A stretch of 20,946 nt of DNA from an uncultured bacterium (GTDB lineage Bacteria; Lernaellota; Lernaellaia; Lernaellales; Lernaellaceae): positions 1 through 20,946 of the forward strand of contig CAZHPN010000098.1 in assembly GCA_964534375.1 (NCBI GenBank), in the 5' to 3' direction. How positions within the stretch are numbered: position 1 is the stretch's first letter; each line of letters begins with the position of its first letter. The notes beneath the pieces were generated by a model, which was given only the letters and a program-made list of their open reading frames with translations, ran no database searches and was not told the origin of the DNA. Positions 16,547 to 20,946 of the stretch are shown in pieces. The position numbers and the translations under genes are program-made.

Positions 16547-18109
16547 CTATGGCCGCCAGGCGCCGATCCGTTTGATGCGGCCGTCCGGCGGCGCATCGAT
16601 CCGCTTCTTTTGCACGATCGCCTCGATCAGCACATCGGCCAGGGGCACGCCGGTGTCCACGTCGTCCGGCCGGTTCTTGAGCATGTCGAACTTGTCGCCG
16701 CCCTCGGCCATGAAATCGTTGATCGCCACGGTGTAGTTCTTGTTTTCGTCCAGCGGCTGGCCGGCGACTGTGATGTTGACGGCGTGGGCGCCGTCGATCT
16801 GGTAGGTCAGCCCCGCGATCTGCAAGAACTCGCCCGGATTCTCCGCTGGGTTTCGCGACACGCCGCGATCCAGCGCCTCGCGAATGACGCGGCCGGGAAG
16901 GGTCAGCCGGTGCAGGGTGTCGCCGAACGGGACCGCCTGCAACACGTCGCCCCGCAGGATCGGGCCTTTCGGCAGCGAAGCGCGAATGCCGCCGCTGTTG
17001 AGCAGGACGACCTCGACGCCGAGCCGCTCGCGCACCGCGTCGCAGGTGAAGTCGCCGAAATTGGTTTCGCCGCGGCGAATCGTTTCGTCGCTCGCGTCGA
17101 GCGTTGCGACCGCCTCGCCAAGCACCTCTTTTCGCTTTTCGCTCAGTTGCGTCAGGTAGCCGTCGACCATCGACTTGACCACCGAATCTTCCGGCTGGTC
17201 CGGCGTGATGTCGTACATCTTGTAACGCACGAGATGCAGCACGCCGCCGGTTTTCTCGAGGTCGAGGCGGCCCAGGTGCTCGCCGTATTTGCCGGCCTGC
17301 ACGATCATCTTGCCGTTTTCGATCAACGGCTGTTCGAGCAGCGTGTGATTGTGCCCGCCGATGATGATGTCGATCAGCGGCGCCTCGCGCGCCAACCGCT
17401 TGTCGGTTTCCAACCCGCAATGGCTGAGCACGACGTGCAGGGAATTGCGGCCGGTGCGGTTGAGCGCCGCGCGCAACGGCGCCACCGGGTCGTCGACGAC
17501 GAGGTCTTTGACGTTGCGCGGCCGGGATTGCGTGAGCAGTTCCGGGGTGGTGACGCCGACGATGCCGACGGTCATGCCGCCGCGGAATCGCCGGGTGATG
17601 CCGATCGGCAGCCAGGGCGACGCCGAACGTTTTTCATGCAGATTGCAGACCAACCACGGAAATTTCGACTCGTCGGTGAGCTTGTCGAACGCGTCGCGGC
17701 CGAAATCGAATTCGTGATTGCCGACGGTCGTGGCGTCGAGTTGCATCTGGTTGAGCACGGCGATGTCGGCGAGGCCGCGAAACGCCGAGGAGAGGGCGGA
17801 GCCAGTCAATATGTCGCCGGCGTGCAGCACGAGCGTGGCGACCCCGTACGAGTCGTTCTGCGCGCGAATCTGATTGATCAACGCCGTCATGCGCGCCAGG
17901 CCGCCGACGGTCTTGCCCTCGGCGTTCTTATGTTCCTGCAAGTAGCCGTGCAGGTCGTTGAAATGCAGAATCGTCAACCGCTGCACCGGCGGCGGGCCTT
18001 TCTGTTCCGAGGCGCACGCGGCCAGCAGCAACGTCGCGAGCAGGAAAACGGCGAACGGCAAACCGTATGCAAAACAGGGGCGCGAACGTCGGCGAGCGGC
18101 TCTGGTCAT
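16547..18109 (-). CDS. Bifunctional metallophosphatase/5'-nucleotidase (UshA-like) lipoprotein
   Basis: HFNDLHG, AGD, GNHEFD, LSHCG, GGHNH and NSGGIRA motifs; lipobox LAAC; GGAGGA RBS before ATG 18109. Confidence 0.93.
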   Translation of the reverse strand: MTRAARRRSRPCFAYGLPFAVFLLATLLLAACASEQKGPPPVQRLTILHFNDLHGYLQEHKNAEGKTVGGLARMTALINQIRAQNDSYGVATLVLHAGDILTGSALSSAFRGLADIAVLNQMQLDATTVGNHEFDFGRDAFDKLTDESKFPWLVCNLHEKRSASPWLPIGITRRFRGGMTVGIVGVTTPELLTQSRPRNVKDLVVDDPVAPLRAALNRTGRNSLHVVLSHCGLETDKRLAREAPLIDIIIGGHNHTLLEQPLIENGKMIVQAGKYGEHLGRLDLEKTGGVLHLVRYKMYDITPDQPEDSVVKSMVDGYLTQLSEKRKEVLGEAVATLDASDETIRRGETNFGDFTCDAVRERLGVEVVLLNSGGIRASLPKGPILRGDVLQAVPFGDTLHRLTLPGRVIREALDRGVSRNPAENPGEFLQIAGLTYQIDGAHAVNITVAGQPLDENKNYTVAINDFMAEGGDKFDMLKNRPDDVDTGVPLADVLIEAIVQKKRIDAPPDGRIKRIGAWRP

Positions 18110-18136
18110 CGGTTCCTCCAGCCACAAGGGCGGTTC

Positions 18137-18165
18137 ACGGTACGGTCCGGAGCGGCGAGTGTCAA
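18137..18165 (-). promoter_or_regulatory. Putative sigma70 promoter of the 5'-nucleotidase
   Basis: Minus strand TTGACA-17 nt-TACCGT. Confidence 0.45.
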
Positions 18166-18331
18166 CGAGGAGAAGGAAGAAGGAAAAAGGAAAAAATGGG
18201 CCATGCCTCTTCTCCGCGCTCTGTTCCTACGTCAGCGGTTCCGGCTTTTGCCGAAAGATTCCGCCTCCGTTCATTCCGCAATCCGCAATCCGAAATCTGG
18301 TTCCGGTTCTGCAGTTCATCTTGGCGCAAGC

Positions 18332-18359
18332 AAAAGGGGGAGCCCCTTCGGACTCCCCC
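18332..18359 (-). terminator. Intrinsic terminator of the DUF1566 lipoprotein gene
   Basis: GGGGGAG/CTCCCCC stem followed by TTTT on the minus strand, about 30 nt after the stop at 18387. Confidence 0.7.
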
Positions 18360-18386
18360 GCATGACCTAACGAATGTCCGGGTCGG

Positions 18387-20507
18387 CTATTGCACGCAAC
18401 GCACGGCGTACGCGCTGTAGCCGCCGGCGATCGTGTCGTCGATCGCGCCGGTCGTGAAACTGACGGTCCATGCGTCGCCGCCGTCGTCCGGAACGGCCGT
18501 GGCCGACCAGTACAGCGAGGGAAGGCCCGAGATCTCGACGGGCCAGTAGGCCCCGCCCTTTCCGGGGCCGCCGGAGACCGTGCAACCGTCGCAGACGTCG
18601 CTCGAACACGTCGTATCCGGACAAGCGTCCGTGACGCCGCAGGAGCCGCCGGTATCGGTGGCCGAGCAACCCCGGAGCAAGCTGCGCAGTTGGTCGATAT
18701 CCGGCAATTGCCAGCCGGTCTGGCCGCCCCACGTCAGACTCGCGCAGTAACTCTGGGCGTCGGACCAACCCACTACGCTGGCGCCCACCGTTTCGCCGTT
18801 CTGCCACGTCAATGTGCTTGCCGGATCGGTCCATACCGTTTCGGCGTCGTCCGCCGCGCACGCTTGCTGCGAACTGCAATAACCGACGTTTGTGCAGTCG
18901 GCGCACGAGGCTCCGGCCGTGCCGCACACGGTGTTGGCGTCGCCGGGCTGGCAGATTCCGCTCGCGTCGCAGCAGCCCGTCGGGCAACTAGTCGCGTCGC
19001 ACTGGCACGCGCCGCCGCCCGCGGCGCTCACGCATTCTTGTCCGGTCGGGCATTCGATGCACGCCGCGCCGTTGGCGCCGCACGCGTCGGTCGCCGTTCC
19101 GGCCATGCAGGACGACCCGTCGCAGCAGCCGGTCGTGCAGGCGCCGCAGGTTGCCGTGCAAACCCCGGCGGTGCAACTATCGCCGGCGCTGCATTCGACG
19201 CAGGCCGCGCCGCCCACGCCGCAGGTCGCGTCGCTGGCGGTCTGGCAGACGCCGTTGGCGTCGCAGCAGCCGCTCGCGCAACTCGCCGCATTGCAGACGC
19301 ACGCGCCGCCGCCGGCGACGCTGACGCACTCTTGCCCTCCGGCGCACGCGACGCACGCCGCGCCGTCCACGCCGCACGCGGCGTTCGCCGTGCCGGCCGC
19401 GCAGGAGGTTCCATCGCAACAGCCGGTTTGGCAAGTCGTCGCATCGCAACCCGCGGTGCATGTTCCGGCCGTGCAGACGTCGGCGCCGCCGCAGGCGACG
19501 CAGGTCGCGCCGTTCGTGCCGCAGGTGGCGTCGCTGCTGGCCCAACAGACGCCGCTCCCGTCGCAGCAGCCGTTCGGGCAACTGGTTGCGTTGCAGGCGC
19601 CCGCCGGGTGCACGCAACGCACGCTGTTGAGGTTGCTGACGCCGTTGTAGCTGCTGAGGTGGGCGGTATTGAATTCGATCAGCCACTGGTCGCCGGCGTT
19701 CGGAACCGAAGCCGACCAATACCAATTGCCGTCGGCGCCGGTGACCGCTGGCGGCCAGTACGCGCCGCCCGGTCCGGGTCCGGCCAAACTGCCGCAGCCG
19801 TAGCAGCTTCCGTTCCAGCAATCATAACCCAGGCAAGCGTCGGTCACACCGCAGGACCCGCCCGGCGCCGTGGCCGCGCAGCCCTGAATCAGGCTGCGAA
19901 GCTGGTCGATGTCGGGCAACTGCCAGCCGGCGTAGCCGTCCCACGTCAGGTTCGCGCAGTAACTCGCGGCGTCGGCCGGGCCAACCACATTGGTCCCGAC
20001 TGTATTGCCGTTTTGCCACAGGTTGCCGGTGTTCGGATCGGTCCAAACGGTCTGGGCGGTGTCGTTGTCGTCATCGTCGTCCGGCGCGGTGTCGTCGTCG
20101 ATCGGCGACGAGTCGTCATCGTCGTCGGGCGCGGTGTCGTCGTCGTTGTCGTCGTCATTGTCGTTGTCGTCATCGTCGTCGTTGTCGTCATCGTCGTCGT
20201 TGTCGTCATCGTCGTCGGGCGCGGTGTCGTCGTCGATCGGCGACGAGTCGTCATCGTCGTCGTCGTCGTCGGGCGCGGTGTCGTCGTCGTTGTCATCGTC
20301 GCCCGGCGACGCGTCATCGTCGTCGTCGCTCGGCGACTGGTCATCGTCGTCGTCGCTCGGCGAACTGTCGTCGTCGCTCGGCGACGCATCGTCGTCGATG
20401 GCGGGGTGACCGCTGCTGCTGGTGGAACTGCTGCACGACGCCGCTGCGCAGACCGCGAGGCCAAGCAGGAGCATCAGAGCCAAACGCCAACTGGATCTGG
20501 ACTTCAT
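18387..20507 (-). CDS. Large lipoprotein: Asp-rich linker, two DUF1566 (Lcl C-terminal, CLec) domains and five Cys-rich repeats
   Basis: GAGGAGG RBS, signal peptide with AASC lipobox, poly-Asp tract, two copies of WTDP.T...WQ...A.SYC..L.W.G..GWQLPDIDQLRSL...YWS...VRCV. Confidence 0.88.
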   Translation of the reverse strand: MKSRSSWRLALMLLLGLAVCAAASCSSSTSSSGHPAIDDDASPSDDDSSPSDDDDDQSPSDDDDDASPGDDDNDDDTAPDDDDDDDDSSPIDDDTAPDDDDDNDDDDDNDDDDDNDNDDDNDDDTAPDDDDDSSPIDDDTAPDDDDDNDTAQTVWTDPNTGNLWQNGNTVGTNVVGPADAASYCANLTWDGYAGWQLPDIDQLRSLIQGCAATAPGGSCGVTDACLGYDCWNGSCYGCGSLAGPGPGGAYWPPAVTGADGNWYWSASVPNAGDQWLIEFNTAHLSSYNGVSNLNSVRCVHPAGACNATSCPNGCCDGSGVCWASSDATCGTNGATCVACGGADVCTAGTCTAGCDATTCQTGCCDGTSCAAGTANAACGVDGAACVACAGGQECVSVAGGGACVCNAASCASGCCDANGVCQTASDATCGVGGAACVECSAGDSCTAGVCTATCGACTTGCCDGSSCMAGTATDACGANGAACIECPTGQECVSAAGGGACQCDATSCPTGCCDASGICQPGDANTVCGTAGASCADCTNVGYCSSQQACAADDAETVWTDPASTLTWQNGETVGASVVGWSDAQSYCASLTWGGQTGWQLPDIDQLRSLLRGCSATDTGGSCGVTDACPDTTCSSDVCDGCTVSGGPGKGGAYWPVEISGLPSLYWSATAVPDDGGDAWTVSFTTGAIDDTIAGGYSAYAVRCVQ

Positions 20508-20738
20508 TTTCCCTCCTCGGTTTGACATTTAGAACGGCTTTCGGGTGTATAATACCGTCAAATAGGGCAAGGAAGTCAAGGGCGATTTTTTGATAGCGTC
20601 GATTTTCCCGGGACGATAAAAACATTTTTGTTTTCAATGCGTTATGGCGCCACGTTTAATAAAATGCTAAATGTGCGCCGGGCGACGCCCGCTGTGACGA
20701 TGCGGCTGCACGTTTTCGATGGCACGTATGCGATTTAC

Positions 20739-20893
20739 GGGAAGGAAAAAGGAAAAAGGAAAAAGGAAAAACTCCGACCGCGGGCTGCAGACCGGGGCAA
20801 AGGGCGGCGCACCTATTGACGCCGCACGAGACGGGCGCGGGCAACCAACAGCGGCTGCTCTCGGCCATTTTTCCTTTTTCCTTTTTCCTTCCC
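20739..20893. repeat. Inverted pair of heptamer arrays GGGAA(GGAAAAA)4 ... (TTTTTCC)3TTCCC with 96-nt spacer
   Basis: Arms at 20739-20771 and 20868-20893; same architecture as 4132-4280. Confidence 0.9.
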
Positions 20894-20946
20894 TTATACC
20901 ACCACCGATTTGAACACAGGACGGGCGAAGAGCTCCTTAAGGGAGC

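Noticed and set aside
13256..20507. Complete DGR (targets + Avd-like gene)
   Set aside because: No reverse transcriptase and no template repeat found on either strand; the four-helix protein resembles the suffix-domain type rather than a canonical Avd.

Overview
GC-rich bacterial window, probably chromosomal. The Asp-rich and Cys-rich lipoproteins and the PEGA kinase suggest a deltaproteobacterial/Myxococcota-like organism (inference). Left part: S51 peptidase, SDR, GT9/GT2 glycosyltransferases and a 2-hydroxyacyl-CoA dehydratase/benzoyl-CoA-reductase-type subunit pair. Middle: four paralogous small 10-Cys lipoproteins sharing an upstream motif, interleaved with a ~257-bp palindromic element whose 130-bp core is inverted between its two copies; then an inositol monophosphatase and an AT-rich gap with parS sites. 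Right: Ser/Thr kinase-PEGA, FGE-sulfatase (CLec) protein, an exported hypothetical, a four-helix-bundle gene bracketed by inverted 9-mer arrays, a 5'-nucleotidase and a large DUF1566/Cys-repeat lipoprotein. Short 7- and 9-mer tandem repeats, some as inverted pairs, occur in many intergenic regions. No RT, transposase, CRISPR array, tRNA or rRNA was seen.
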